A DNA stretch of 64,000 nt. It comes from Macrostomum lignano. Its lineage: Eukaryota. Shown piece after piece: positions 12,486 through 26,046 of the stretch (positions are counted from its first letter, which is position 1; each line of letters starts with the position of its first letter). Under the pieces are notes generated by a model, which did no database searches, was not told the DNA's origin, and saw only the letters and a list, made by a program, of their open reading frames with translations. The translations under genes and the position numbers were made by a program. The stretch is taken from contig NIVC01001598.1 of the NCBI GenBank assembly GCA_002269645.1, forward strand, positions 62,001 to 126,000. The letters run 5' to 3'.

Positions 12486-15060
12486 ATGAACGGGGCTCGG
12501 GCAGACGGCAGGCTGTCTTATGACCAGCTGCTAATCAATGCCACAGTAGGTTTCGTTGCCGCTCTAGCCGTATCCGTTTTGGCTTTGTTCTCCGTCGACT
12601 GGAACTGCGGTCTGTGCTTCGCAGGGCTTGGTAAGTTCCACAGCTGCAGCATGCATGGCGTTTCATAACCCTCGATGCTCTCTTGATCCCTTGGTGCTGG
12701 CGCCCAACAATGACGTTCCTTACATGTACAATGGCACCCCGAAGAAGCACCCTACTATTGCGCCTTAAAATTGATGCTCCCCCGAGATGGCGCCTCTGGC
12801 ACTGGTGCCTCAAAGTCGACGTTCTTCGACTTGAAATCAAATTTAGAAATCAAGCCCGTTGGTCAATCGATTCGCGTGATTCACGTTTCTTTTCTGTGTT
12901 AATTTTAAAGATTTTACACCTGATTGCTCTTCCAGTCTTGGCATCGGTTCTGCTAGCCGCCGGCGCCGCTGCCTGCCAGTACATTCGACGCAAGGAGCCG
13001 TCCGATTCGCTCAGCTGGCGCGGCTTCATCACCAGCGTGCTGCTGAGGCTTTTCGTCGAAACGATCGCCCGCTACTCGCTGAGCGCCAACCGCAAAGCGT
13101 ACAAGTCGTGCAGTTCGATCCGAGCGGCGCAGGAGAAAACGCTGATGCGAATTGTGCGCCAGAGCCGGGACACGCTGTTCGGCCGCGATCACCGATTCGC
13201 TGAGATTCACAGCATCGAGGACTATCGAGCCCTCGTGCCCGTGAGAGACTACGCCCAGCTCGATAAGTACAACCAATTGGCCTACAGAGGTGAACCCGAT
13301 GTTTTCTTCAAGGGACGCGCCGATTACCTGGCCAAGACAAGCGGAACCACGGGAAAGAACAAGACTTTTCCCATGGCAAAACGGTACCGGATGCAGCAGA
13401 TATGGGGCTTCTTCGCCAATATGTCCTGCAGCGAGGTCTTTCTTGCCAAAGTCGGCCGGCGTGAAACAATGGCTCCTCAGCTGTACCTGGCAGTGCTGTC
13501 AGGCGACAGGCAAAATGAATTCGGAATTGACATTGGCCCGCTTTCAAAGTACTTCTTTTCTAACGGTGAGACAAAAATTTCAGCTTGTGCACAGTTCTTA
13601 GCAATAATTGAAGCACCGAATGCAGTAGTTCGATGCTGATAACGTTTTGGTTCAGAGGCCCAGGTAACATTATTTTCAAACTGTTTCGTCATGTTTAGCA
13701 TCACAAAAATTCACTTCAGGAGAAATCTACGCCACACCGGATGAGGTTTTCACAAGAATTCACGACTCGGATGCGTGCTTCTATCTGCACGCGGTGTTCG
13801 CCCTGTCCTTGGAGCGGATTGGATCCGCTTTAGCATTCTTCCCGACAAACCTGATCTCTTTCATGCGCTGCCTGAACTCCAACTGGGACTCGGTGCTGTC
13901 TGACATTGAGAACGGCAAGCTCAATGCTGAAAAGCTGAAAGGTGTTGATGCCGATCTTCTCAGTAGCCTGAACCAGCGACTCAGCCCCAAACCACAGCGA
14001 GCAGCCCAGCTAAGGTCCCAATTCGGCGATGGGAAAGACCTGACTGGTTTCTTTGAGAAGGCCTGGCCAAACGTTCCTTTCGTGATGCTCGCTCGCTCCG
14101 GCTCATTCCAAACGTCGTTTCAATATTTAAAAAATTATTTGGGCAACGTCCCCGCCTTCTGTCCGTGCATCATGGGCACGGAGGGGATGCTCGGCATCAA
14201 CCTGAGCATAGTTGGCGATGATGAGCCTGATCGCTATCACCCGATGCTGACGGGCTCCTTCTTCGAGTTTGTTCCAGTTGATGGAAACGGAAATGACCTG
14301 GGAGAGCCGAAACTCGCTCACGAGCTGCAAGTCGGCTGCTTGTACGAGACGGTCGCCACGTCTTTCAACTGCTTCCGACTTCGCGTCGGTGACGTCATCA
14401 AAGTGGTTGACATGGACGGTTGCGCTCCCGTGTTTGAAATGTCGCACAGGTAAGAGAGAAGAATCAATCTGCGCTGTCCTTAATAAGTATCTAATGCAGT
14501 TTTTGACGCCGATTTCTCATGCAGAAAGTCCCACGTGCTCTCGGTTCACGTGGAGAAAACGACAGAGAAGAGTCTCCAGGCGGGTGCAATGCTCAGCATT
14601 GGGCAACTCGGGTGCACCATGGTCGACTTCACGGCAACCGACTGCTTTCTGTACGAGCCGCTTGTTAACACGTCGCGCGGGAGCAAGTACTATGTGCTCT
14701 TTGTAGAGCTGGACGGAGATAAATGTTTGAACGATGAGGAAAAGCTGCTGGTACGTTAGGTCAGATAGTTTGTACCAAGATGAGTTCTAAAAATTAAATC
14801 GCTATTATACCCATAGTGCACAACTTATGAAATTTTAGTTTGATAAGTCGCTGATGGACAGCTGCGAAAACTACAAACTGTTTCGAACCGAAGGGCACAT
14901 CGATTCGATGCATGTCGTACAAGTTGGTCGCGGTGCATTCGCAGACCTCAGACGCACTATGATGGAGCTAAATAAGGACATCAGTGAGACTCAGTTCAAG
15001 ATGCCGAGGGTTTTGAAGACGGGCGAGCATGTGAAGTGCCTGCTGAAGCATCGTCTGTAA
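12486..15060 (+). CDS. GH3-domain protein (GHDC-like) paralogue A; exons 12486-12630, 12936-13565, 13720-14449, 14525-14750, 14839-15060 (650 aa)
   Basis: KTSGTTGKNKTF, GTEG, FRLRVGDVI and FKMPRVL motifs; all junctions GT-AG and phase-consistent (1953 nt); hydrophobic N-terminus. Confidence 0.88.
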
Positions 15061-15523
15061 CAGCTGGTTTCGTACCGTTCAAAAGATTTTTGATGCAGGA
15101 AGCTAAACCTTTAGCAAAGACTTTCGTAGAAGTGTTATTTCATACGCTTTCCCTATGCCCTTAGCTCGTATTCTTACGAAACTAAAGATTGATTTACACG
15201 TTAATTATATCAACTACGAGCAAATAGCTTTATATTTAAATTGATCTTTTCAATAAAACAAAGAATTCTGCTTAGTCTGTTAATTTTTAACCTGTTTATC
15301 TTCTTTATTTTATTCTCCATTAATTTGTTTGCCCAGCATTCAGCAAAAAAAGTTCAATCGAATCAAACTATGTACTTTTACATCAATTTTTCTACTCTAT
15401 GGCACAGCTCCGAGTATTAAGGATTCCAGGGAGAGTCTACAGCAAAAAGTTCTGTGGCTAATTAAGACAATAATCTCTGCATTTGCGGCAAGATCAGGCT
15501 GCGACCATTCGTAGCGAAGCAGC

Positions 15524-17472
15524 ATGTCACCCTCATGCACGGCCGCATTGATGGAGAACCGTTTCAGCCTCGATCCGGAGACAAAAAATCTGAGATTGAA
15601 GCGATTCCCCATTCCGGAGTCCCAAGGCTATGACCCCATGGGGATTCTGGACGCCAATTATCACGGCAGTGCCGAGCTGCTGATGAGGCAGCGCTGCAAG
15701 AGCTGGTTCCGCATGGACATGTTCGTTCTGGACCGCTTGTTGGAGGCGCCTCTGATTCCATTCTGTCTGCACTTGTTTTGCGACATCTGGTCCTTTCACC
15801 GCAGTCTCGAAGGAGATCCAGCACCCATTGTTGATGTCATCAAGCTGGTCCGGCTGGCCAGAACGATATCGGAAAAGTACAGCAGCATCAACTACTACCA
15901 CACCGCCATCCATGGCATGGACGTGGCGCAGTCGATGAGCTGCCTGCTGCGCGTCGCTCTGAAGCTGGGGGTCCTGACTTTGGAAAGGCAGGAGCTCTTC
16001 ATCGCGGTGCTGTCAGCCCTGATGCACGACATCAACCATCCGGGTGTCACGTACGACTACTTCTACGACAAGGTGATTAAGAACTTCTTCAAGTCGAAAA
16101 ACATGGTCAGCAACGAGAACCCACTGACAAACGAACCGCTTCGTACGTCCATTCACCAGCGGTTTAGCAGAAGCTCGTCAAAAAGTAAGAGGCAGTACAG
16201 GTCTGTGTGAAAACTTTAGTTTGCAGGGGGGCTGTAGGCATCCTGGCGCAACGAATTTGACTTCTATAGTGCTATAGGAAGACACCAAAAAACGAATAGT
16301 TACAGACATATCTGTCTAAGTAAAAAATATTACCTATGCGTCGTTCCTGCAGGGCGCTACCTGCACTCTCTGGAGTCGCACCAAGCCAACATGTCGGTCT
16401 CGGCGCTGCTCTGCAGCAGTCTGATTTCTCACCTGCCCGAGCAACGTCAGCGACAGCTCTGCGAGTTGATGTCCAGCTTGGTGGAGAGCACCGACATGAG
16501 CCTGCATCAGTCGCTCAGCACCGAGGTTTCTCGGCTGGCGACTCTGTTCGACAGCGGCTCTCCGCCCGAGATCGAATCCCAGGAGCGCCTCATCCTACTC
16601 TGTTTCATTCTCAAATGCAGCGACATCAGCAACCCGGCCAAGGAGTGGGATTATTATTTCACCTGGGCTAAACTCATCACCGCAGAATTTTTCGCCCAAG
16701 GCGACAAGGAGCGCTTCATCCGCGGCTGCCTCAATCCGAACAAGTTTGTGACGCATTTCTGCGACAGAACCCTGGTGAACTTTGAGCATTCGCAGGTCGG
16801 GTTCATCAAGTTTATTCGAGTGAGTTCCGAAAGAAGGTCAATATTTTAGCTTGAGCTTGAAACTGGCAGGAAGACATTAATAAACTTGATCAGACTTTAC
16901 ATGATCAGAGTCTTGCGGGTCCCATTTGCTAGTTTAAAGCTCCTAGATTTGGACAATTTGAATTTTTTAGCTTGTAAAGTTTTTTTGTTGCACTACTACG
17001 AGTAACAACTTTGAAAGTGAGGGATATTTTTAGTTCTTGATGACTATGTCAAGTTTTCAGTTGGGGGAATTTCTTGTAGTATAAACTTTAAGACCGTTGT
17101 TTATCTCTGTAGCAGGTTTCGGTGGTCCAGCATTGACCCAAGCTTTCCGCGCCTCGCATGCAGGAATCCTTCCAGTTCCTGGACAGCATCATGCACTGCG
17201 GCCTGACCCGGCGCATCCTGCTTCGCTTGGACAGAAACCAGCAGATGATGATGAAGATTCGCGACTTGAAGAAGTTCAGCACTGGTGTCGACGTGAAGTC
17301 TCCGCCAAGGAAGCTGGTGGTGACGCTGATGCTGAAGGGCCCGGCAGACCCGCAGCCGGCGACACAGAAGCTGAAGTGCTGCCTGCTGCTGGGCAGCCGC
17401 GACCGCAGCAGCTGCATGCGCCGGTCCAAGCAGTCCATTGTGGTCTGCGACAAGATGCAGATCATGTATTGA
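15524..17472 (+). CDS. Class I cyclic-nucleotide phosphodiesterase catalytic domain; exons 15524-16142, 16353-16819, 17164-17472 (~464 aa)
   Basis: YHTAIHGMDVAQ, HDINHPG, SLESHQ, STDMSLH, KCSDISNP, EFFAQGDKER, SQVGFI; phase-compatible splice sites (the last acceptor is the least certain). Confidence 0.82.
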
Positions 17473-18454
17473 GCCCAGCGATGCTTCTTCCTGCATTGAA
17501 TTTGCTGCACAAGTTTTGTGTACACGTGTTTAGTTGGCACTATTTATTTGGCAGTAATACATGAAAATGACAAAAGTGATACTGCATTATTTTCAAAGCT
17601 ATAGAGAAGCTACTAGCTATGGTCGCATTGAAATTTCAGAGTGCATCAACGGCTTTCAACTTATTTGCTTATCTTGATAGACTCAGAGACGAATGCTGAA
17701 GACTAATGTGGTATTTCGATAATAATGAAAGTAGTACCTAAAAGGTAGAACAGGTAGGTATTCATATGTGATTGCAGAATGACCCTTAACCCAATTTCTG
17801 TGCACTTGTATTTTTGTTCCCTATTTTAAAGGATCCAACTGAAACATGCGAAGGTGTTAGTACATGCATCATCAAGTAACTTCTGCTTCGCCATCTTTAA
17901 ATAAGAAAGATAGTGCCAACAATTAAACTTCCGTGAATTAATGGCTGGTGAAGAGCTGGTTTTAAGATTTCAATGAATCTTAGGAATACATGTGTATGCT
18001 TAAATCCTTTATTCCCACATGGCTTAGCCGTTTGAACTCTGCCGCAATGACCAACCAGTTAGTAACCAAGTATGTACACTGTTGTACGGGGCTTCGACCG
18101 GATTCGTCTATGGCTAAACCCCATGTGGAAGATGCTTGCTGTCTGGGCTATACGAGGTGTGGTTAGCCTAAGAGTGTTGAAACGGGGTGAAGCGCACGGC
18201 AGCTCGCCCGCTGCAATTGTCTATGGCTAACTTCAATAAATAAAAAGACTCGTATGCATATAAGTATTTAGTTAATGTTATACATGTACCTCTTCGCAAG
18301 GGGGCTAAGCGCCCCCTTGACCACGCTGTCTTCTGACTGCCATAGACATTTTCAGCGGGCCGTGAAACCGACTGAATACAATGGAGTAAATGTGATTTTA
18401 CCATAGACAGTTTCTCGCCCGCTAACTTTTAACACTAATATTGGTTGGTATATT

Positions 18455-18748
18455 GCTTTCTATCTGGGGGATGCTTGCTATTTGCGGGGTGCTTGCTGTC
18501 TTGGGGATATTTTTTATTTAGGGAGAGTACCAGTTATTTTTGTGAAGGCTTTATTTCGTTGTCTTTTTGTTACTTTTAGAGCTTCATAGCAAATATTTTT
18601 GTCAGTGACAATTTTACTGGAATAAGGTGCTTTATTAAACTTAAGAAGGAGTTGGTTCTCAAGAAAATGTGCTTTTTAATGGATTTGCATGAATAACTTT
18701 TGCTCCTTGCTTATTGGACGCACCGAAGGGGGCACTATAGATTGCTAG
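18455..18748 (+). mobile_element. Non-autonomous Helitron-like element, 3' portion
   Basis: GC hairpin (GCACCGAAGGGGGC) then ATTGCTAG|T; similar along its length to 36790-37080. Confidence 0.6.
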
Positions 18749-21700
18749 TCTAATCCATATACTAAAAATCAAAACTATGTACCTATAGGAACCTTTGCTT
18801 AACTTGACTCTACATAGTCGGAATTTCGTGGGGTTTTCTGCATTCGATGCGTATTGATGGTGCGCTGGTACACAAAATTTTGCTAAGAATCTCTATATAC
18901 TAAAGCTGACGTCGTGGTCCGGTGGTAGGGTGGGCCGGTGGGCCGGGTTTGTCGACGATCTCCTCCTAGGATTCTTGCAACTCAACTTTCAAACCGGTAC
19001 CAAAACATGTCAAATGTCCCGACGATGCTACAATTTAAAATTCATTTTCAAATTTCAATTTTAAGTGCTTCAAAAAAGCAGAAAACAGCACAAACCAGAC
19101 AGCCAGACCAGATGTCTATATATCGCATTCCATGGACTTCCCACTTGACGCTATTTTGTATGGTTGCGCCACAACTTTTCTCCTATCTCTGCAGTGTATT
19201 TCATTTCAGCTGGGGGAGGGTCGCCGGCACTTGAGAATTGGCGGCCTACTTGCTCAGTGTTAAAAAGGGGTGAAGGTGCACACTGCGCGAGAATGGATGG
19301 CTTGATTTTTTAACTTCAGCTTCACGGAGAGGATTTCTGTTTCGCGGAGATAATTTATGATTGATTTCTGTTTTATGGAGACCATTTTGATGGATTTAAG
19401 TTTCAAGGAGAGGATTTCGAAGGAGTCCAGTTTCACGGAGAGGATTTCGATGGTTTTCAGTTGCACGGACAGGATTTTTCTGCTTCGCGGAGAGGATCTT
19501 GATGGATTTGGCATCTTCAATCAGTCAGAGAAGAGAGTAAAGAGAAGAATGAAAAGAGAAGAGAGATGAGATGATAGAAAACAGAGTAGAAATGAATGGA
19601 GAGATTAGACATGACAGATGGGAGAGAAGAGGGGAGTAAGGCGGGAACGAAGGAAGAGAAAAGAGAAGAGGAGATGAAGGGAGAGGATATGAGAGAGGAG
19701 ATATGAGATAGCAGAGAGGAGACAGGACAGAGAAGAAAAGATGGATAAGAGCGCACAGAGGCAATAGAAGAGAGGAAAGAGAGGAGAGAGGTGAGAGTTG
19801 AGAGGAGAGAGATGAAAGATCAGAGATCAGAGATTTAAGAGAAGAAAGTAGTGAGGAAAAAGAAGAGGGTAAAGATGAGAGTGCAGAGAGGAGAGAAACG
19901 AGAGGAGACAGGTGGTAGAAAGGAGTGTAAGAAACAGGAGATAAGAAAGGAGAGGGTGAGAGTGAGAGCATATAGGAAAGTGTAAAAGGGGAGCAGAGTA
20001 GAGAGAATAGATAAGTGAGTAGAGAAGAGATATGAGAGAGGAGAGATTCGAGATTAGAGAAGAGATGAGGGGAGATGAGAGGAGAGAAAAGAGAGGAGAG
20101 GAGACAGGTGATGCAGTAGAAAGGGAAGAAAGATGGTAGATAAGAAAGGAGAGGGTGAGAGCGTATAAGAGATACGAGAAATGAGAGCAGAGAAAAGAGA
20201 GAAAGTAGAGCGGAGACAATAAATAAGTAAGTAGAGATGAGATATGAGAGAGGAGAGAAAAGGGGAGAGATGAGAGAGAAGATAGGAGAGTAGACAGGAG
20301 AGGGTACAGACGAAAGACGAGGGAGAAGAGATAAATAAGGGAGTAGAGATGAGAGGAGAGAGAGGAGAGAGAAGCGAAAAGAGAAGAGAGAGAGGAGAGA
20401 GGAGAGAGGAAAGAAATGGAGGATCAGAGATGAGAGAGTTAAGAGAGGAAAGTAGTGAGGAGAGGAGAGATTAGAGATGCGATGAGAAGAGATGAGTGAG
20501 AACATAAGAGAGAAGAGATTAGAGATTAGAGAAGAAAGGGGAGAAGATGAAAGGAGCAACGAAGGGAGAATAGAGAGATAAGATAAGTTGATAGATAAGT
20601 GAGTAGAGATGACATATGAGAGAGGAGGGAAGAGGGAGAGATAAGAGAGAAGAGAGGAGACAGGAGACAGGAGTGAAGAGGAGAGATGAGAGAAGAGAGG
20701 AGACAAGAGACAGGAGAAGGTACAGACGAAAGACGAGGGACAAGAAATAAATAAGGGAGTAGGGATAGAGATGAGATGAGAGAGAGGAGAGAGAAGAGAG
20801 AGAAGAGAGTCACGATAATAGCGAAGAGAGGAGAGAGGAGATATGAGAGACGTGAGAGTCTTTGAGCTATGGTCTTTGAAAAGTTTTGTAAAGAATTTGG
20901 AGACGATTTGGAAGATAGGGTTCAAGACATGGAATTTCAGTTGATGGATATTACAGGGAATGGAATTCCGGTGATGGGAGTTCTTCCCCTTTCTCCTCCG
21001 AAGGAGGAGTTCCATCTATATACTAAAGCTGACGTCGTGGTCCGGTGGTAGGGTGGGCCGGTGGGCCGGGTTTGTCGACGATCTCCTCCTAGGATTCTTG
21101 CAACTCAACTTTCAAACCGGTACCAAAACATGTCAAATGTCCCGACGATGCTACAATTTAAAATTCATTTTCAAATTTCAATTTTAAGTGCTTCAAAAAA
21201 GCAGAAAACAGCACAAACCAGACAGCCAGACCAGATGTCTATATATCGCATTCCATGGACTTCCCACTTGACGCTATTTTGTATGGTTGCGCCACAACTT
21301 TTCTCCTATCTCTGCAGTGTATTTCATTTCAGCTGGGGGAGGGTCGCCGGCACTTGAGAATTGGCGGCCTACTTGCTCAGTGTTAAAAAGGGGTGGAGGT
21401 GCACACTGCGCGAGAATGGATGGCTTGATTTTTTAACGCATCACAGAGTGTACATTGCGCTCTGCAAGTAAGAAACGGGAAAACTTGCACCTTAATTTCT
21501 GCTTTTAATTTTCAAGCTACAGAAAAGTGAATCACACCGTTGGAAAGAGTTTGAAAAACTGAACAGAATGGTATAATTTTCTGTTCCGAAATCTCAACTG
21601 CATCAGAGCAATTTGTCATAGAAAATTTCTTGATTTCAATTGTGAAAACGTTAAGTGGCTGGGGAGGGGTTTCATTAATTTCAATTCTGACTGTGCAATG

Positions 21701-22542
21701 CACAAGCCTAGACTCTCCCTGTGCATTTGGGGAGGTGCATGGGCTATAGACTGATTTTCATATTGAGTGATTGGCTGGAGATAATATTGAGATTAAATAA
21801 ATGAATCACCGCAGTGTAAACTGCTTTTTTGACCCCCAATAACCTTCTTTTGCCACTCTGCCTGGGGCTTCAGCCAGTTTGTAAAAATAGCCACCCCAAC
21901 CTCCGCCCGCGGGCCGCTGTGTATTGAGGGGTGGTGGGTGCGCGTGTTCTACGTTCAATGCAAATAAAACCCCCGCGTGTTGGCGGGTTGAGTTAAATTT
22001 AATGCTTCCCCCGTAACGGGGGGTTGGGCTTGGACTGAGTGTACATAGCTGTTGTACAGTGTAAAAAGATAGATAGAACTGTGCCGAGATTCAATTGGTT
22101 TTATTATCGGCCCTGTGTATTAGCTGGGCAGTGAAATTCAATGAATAAACTTGCGAGCTTCTCTAGCAAGAAGTCGGGAAATCGGTAAATTTCAAACGCT
22201 AACTGTTCCTCGAGTTTTAAACTTTGAGAGGAGAAACTTATATTGCTGGAAAGATCTTGCAACGCTGAGTTCGGGGATATAAGTTGTTTGCTTTAAATAT
22301 GAAAAGAAAAAGCACAGCATTTGAAAAACTATTTCCATACTTTTAACTTTCTGCAAAAATTGTACTCAGTTTTGCGAGACGTAATAGATAAAGTTGGGGG
22401 AGGGTTCAACTTCTCACTGCTGCTGTGTATTGGAGGGTTGATTTAGATTGACTGACTGACTGTGAAATCAGTTGCGCAATGAATTGATTCAATTAGTTCA
22501 ATATTTTTATCAGTGCCTTTTAACACAAACCTGTGCGTAGTT

Positions 22543-22572
22543 CTAACCCTAACCCTAACCCTAACCCTAACC
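22543..22572 (-). repeat. Interstitial telomere-like repeat, 5 x CTAACC (TTAGGG-type)
   Basis: Read directly, inside the 3474-bp unit. Confidence 0.9.
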
Positions 22573-25500
22573 AATGAATCCGGAGAGTTGAGTTGTTTGA
22601 CGGAAAAAATTCGATTGAGTCCAGTTTAGCGGAGACGATTTCAATGTTTTAATTTTGACGAAGAGGATTTCTGTTTCGTGGAGAGGATTTCGATGGTGTT
22701 CAGTTTCGTGGAGAGGATTTCGATGGCGTTCACTTTCGTGGAAAGGATTTCGATGATGTTCAGTTTCACGGAGAGGATTTCGATGATGTTCAGCTTCACG
22801 GAGAGGATTTCTGTTTCGCGGAGATAATTTATGATTGATTTCTGTTTTATGGAGACCATTTTGATGGATTTAAGTTTCAAGGAGAGGATTTCGAAGGAGT
22901 CCAGTTTCACGGAGAGGATTTCGATGGTTTTCAGTTGCACGGACAGGATTTTTCTGCTTCGCGGAGAGGATCTTGATGGATTTGGCATCTTCAATCAGTC
23001 AGAGAAGAGAGTAAAGAGAAGAATGAAAAGAGAAGAGAGATGAGATGATAGAAAACAGAGTAGAAATGAATGGAGAGATTAGACATGACAGATGGGAGAG
23101 AAGAGGGGAGTAAGGCGGGAACGAAGGAAGAGAAAAGAGAAGAGGAGATGAAGGGAGAGGATATGAGAGAGGAGATATGAGATAGCAGAGAGGAGACAGG
23201 ACAGAGAAGAAAAGATGGATAAGAGCGCACAGAGGCAATAGAAGAGAGGAAAGAGAGGAGAGAGGTGAGAGTTGAGAGGAGAGAGATGAAAGATCAGAGA
23301 TCAGAGATTTAAGAGAAGAAAGTAGTGAGGAAAAAGAAGAGGGTAAAGATGAGAGTGCAGAGAGGAGAGAAACGAGAGGAGACAGGTGGTAGAAAGGAGT
23401 GTAAGAAACAGGAGATAAGAAAGGAGAGGGTGAGAGTGAGAGCATATAGGAAAGTGTAAAAGGGGAGCAGAGTAGAGAGAATAGATAAGTGAGTAGAGAA
23501 GAGATATGAGAGAGGAGAGATTCGAGATTAGAGAAGAGATGAGGGGAGATGAGAGGAGAGAAAAGAGAGGAGAGGAGACAGGTGATGCAGTAGAAAGGGA
23601 AGAAAGATGGTAGATAAGAAAGGAGAGGGTGAGAGCGTATAAGAGATACGAGAAATGAGAGCAGAGAGAAGAGAGAAAGTAGAGCGGAGACAATAAATAA
23701 GTAAGTAGAGATGAGATATGAGAGAGGAGAGAAAAGGGGAGAGATGAGAGAGAAGATAGGAGAGTAGACAGGAGAGGGTACAGACGAAAGACGAGGGAGA
23801 AGAGATAAATAAGGGAGTAGAGATGAGAGGAGAGAGAGGAGAGAGAAGCGAAAAGAGAAGAGAGAGAGGAGAGAGGAGAGAGGAAAGAAATGGAGGATCA
23901 GAGATGAGAGAGTTAAGAGAGGAAAGTAGTGAGGAGAGGAGAGATTAGAGATGCGATGAGAAGAGATGAGTGAGAACATAAGAGAGAAGAGATTAGAGAT
24001 TAGAGAAGAAAGGGGAGAAGATGAAAGGAGCAACGAAGGGAGAATAGAGAGATAAGATAAGTTGATAGATAAGTGAGTAGAGATGACATATGAGAGAGGA
24101 GGGAAGAGGGAGAGATAAGAGAGAAGAGAGGAGACAGGAGACAGGAGTGAAGAGGAGAGATGAGAGAAGAGAGGAGACAAGAGACAGGAGAAGGTACAGA
24201 CGAAAGACGAGGGACAAGAAATAAATAAGGGAGTAGGGATAGAGATGAGATGAGAGAGAGGAGAGAGAAGAGAGAGAAGAGAGTCACGATAATAGCGAAG
24301 AGAGGAGAGAGGAGATATGAGAGACGTGAGAGTCTTTGAGCTATGGTCTTTGAAAAGTTTTGTAAAGAATTTGGAGACGATTTGGAAGATAGGGTTCAAG
24401 ACATGGAATTTCAGTTGATGGATATTACAGGGAATGGAATTCCGGTGATGGGAGTTCTTCCCCTTTCTCCTCCGAAGGAGGAGTTCCATCTATATACTAA
24501 AGCTGACGTCGTGGTCCGGTGGTAGGGTGGGCCGGTGGGCCGGGTTTGTCGACGATCTCCTCCTAGGATTCTTGCAACTCAACTTTCAAACCGGTACCAA
24601 AACATGTCAAATGTCCCGACGATGCTACAATTTAAAATTCATTTTCAAATTTCAATTTTAAGTGCTTCAAAAAAGCAGAAAACAGCACAAACCAGACAGC
24701 CAGACCAGATGTCTATATATCGCATTCCATGGACTTCCCACTTGACGCTATTTTGTATGGTTGCGCCACAACTTTTCTCCTATCTCTGCAGTGTATTTCA
24801 TTTCAGCTGGGGGAGGGTCGCCGGCACTTGAGAATTGGCGGCCTACTTGCTCAGTGTTAAAAAGGGGTGGAGGTGCACACTGCGCGAGAATGGATGGCTT
24901 GATTTTTTAACGCATCACAGAGTGTACATTGCGCTCTGCAAGTAAGAAACGGGAAAACTTGCACCTTAATTTCTGCTTTTAATTTTCAAGCTACAGAAAA
25001 GTGAATCACACCGTTGGAAAGAGTTTGAAAAACTGAACAGAATGGTATAATTTTCTGTTCCGAAATCTCAACTGCATCAGAGCAATTTGTCATAGAAAAT
25101 TTCTTGATTTCAATTGTGAAAACGTTAAGTGGCTGGGGAGGGGTTTCATTAATTTCAATTCTGACTGTGCAATGCACAAGCCTAGACTCTCCCTGTGCAT
25201 TTGGGGAGGTGCATGGGCTATAGACTGATTTTCATATTGAGTGATTGGCTGGAGATAATATTGAGATTAAATAAATGAATCACCGCAGTGTAAACTGCTT
25301 TTTTGACCCCCAATAACCTTCTTTTGCCACTCTGCCTGGGGCTTCAGCCAGTTTGTAAAAATAGCCACCCCAACCTCCGCCCGCGGGCCGCTGTGTATTG
25401 AGGGGTGGTGGGTGCGCGTGTTCTACGTTCAATGCAAATAAAACCCCCCGCGTGTTGGCGGGTTGAGTTAAATTTAATGCTTCCCCCGTAACGGGGGTTG

Positions 25501-26016
25501 GGCTTGGACTGAGTGTACATAGCTGTTGTACAGTGTAAAAAGATAGATAGAACTGTGCCGAGATTCAATTGGTTTTATTATCGGCCCTGTGTATTAGCTG
25601 GGCAGTGAAATTCAATGAATAAACTTGCGAGCTTCTCTAGCAAGAAGTCGGGAAATCGGTAAATTTCAAACGCTAACTGTTCCTCGAGTTTTAAACTTTG
25701 AGAGGAGAAACTTATATTGCTGGAAAGATCTTGCAACGCTGAGTTCGGGGATATAAGTTGTTTGCTTTAAATATGAAAAGAAAAAGCACAGCATTTGAAA
25801 AACTATTTCCATACTTTTAACTTTCTGCAAAAATTGTACTCAGTTTTGCGAGACGTAATAGATAAAGTTGGGGGAGGGTTCAACTTCTCACTGCTGCTGT
25901 GTATTGGAGGGTTGATTTAGATTGACTGACTGACTGTGAAATCAGTTGCGCAATGAATTGATTCAATTAGTTCAATATTTTTATCAGTGCCTTTTAACAC
26001 AAACCTGTGCGTAGTT

Positions 26017-26046
26017 CTAACCCTAACCCTAACCCTAACCCTAACC
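26017..26046 (-). repeat. Interstitial telomere-like repeat, 5 x CTAACC (copy in unit 3)
   Basis: Read directly. Confidence 0.9.
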
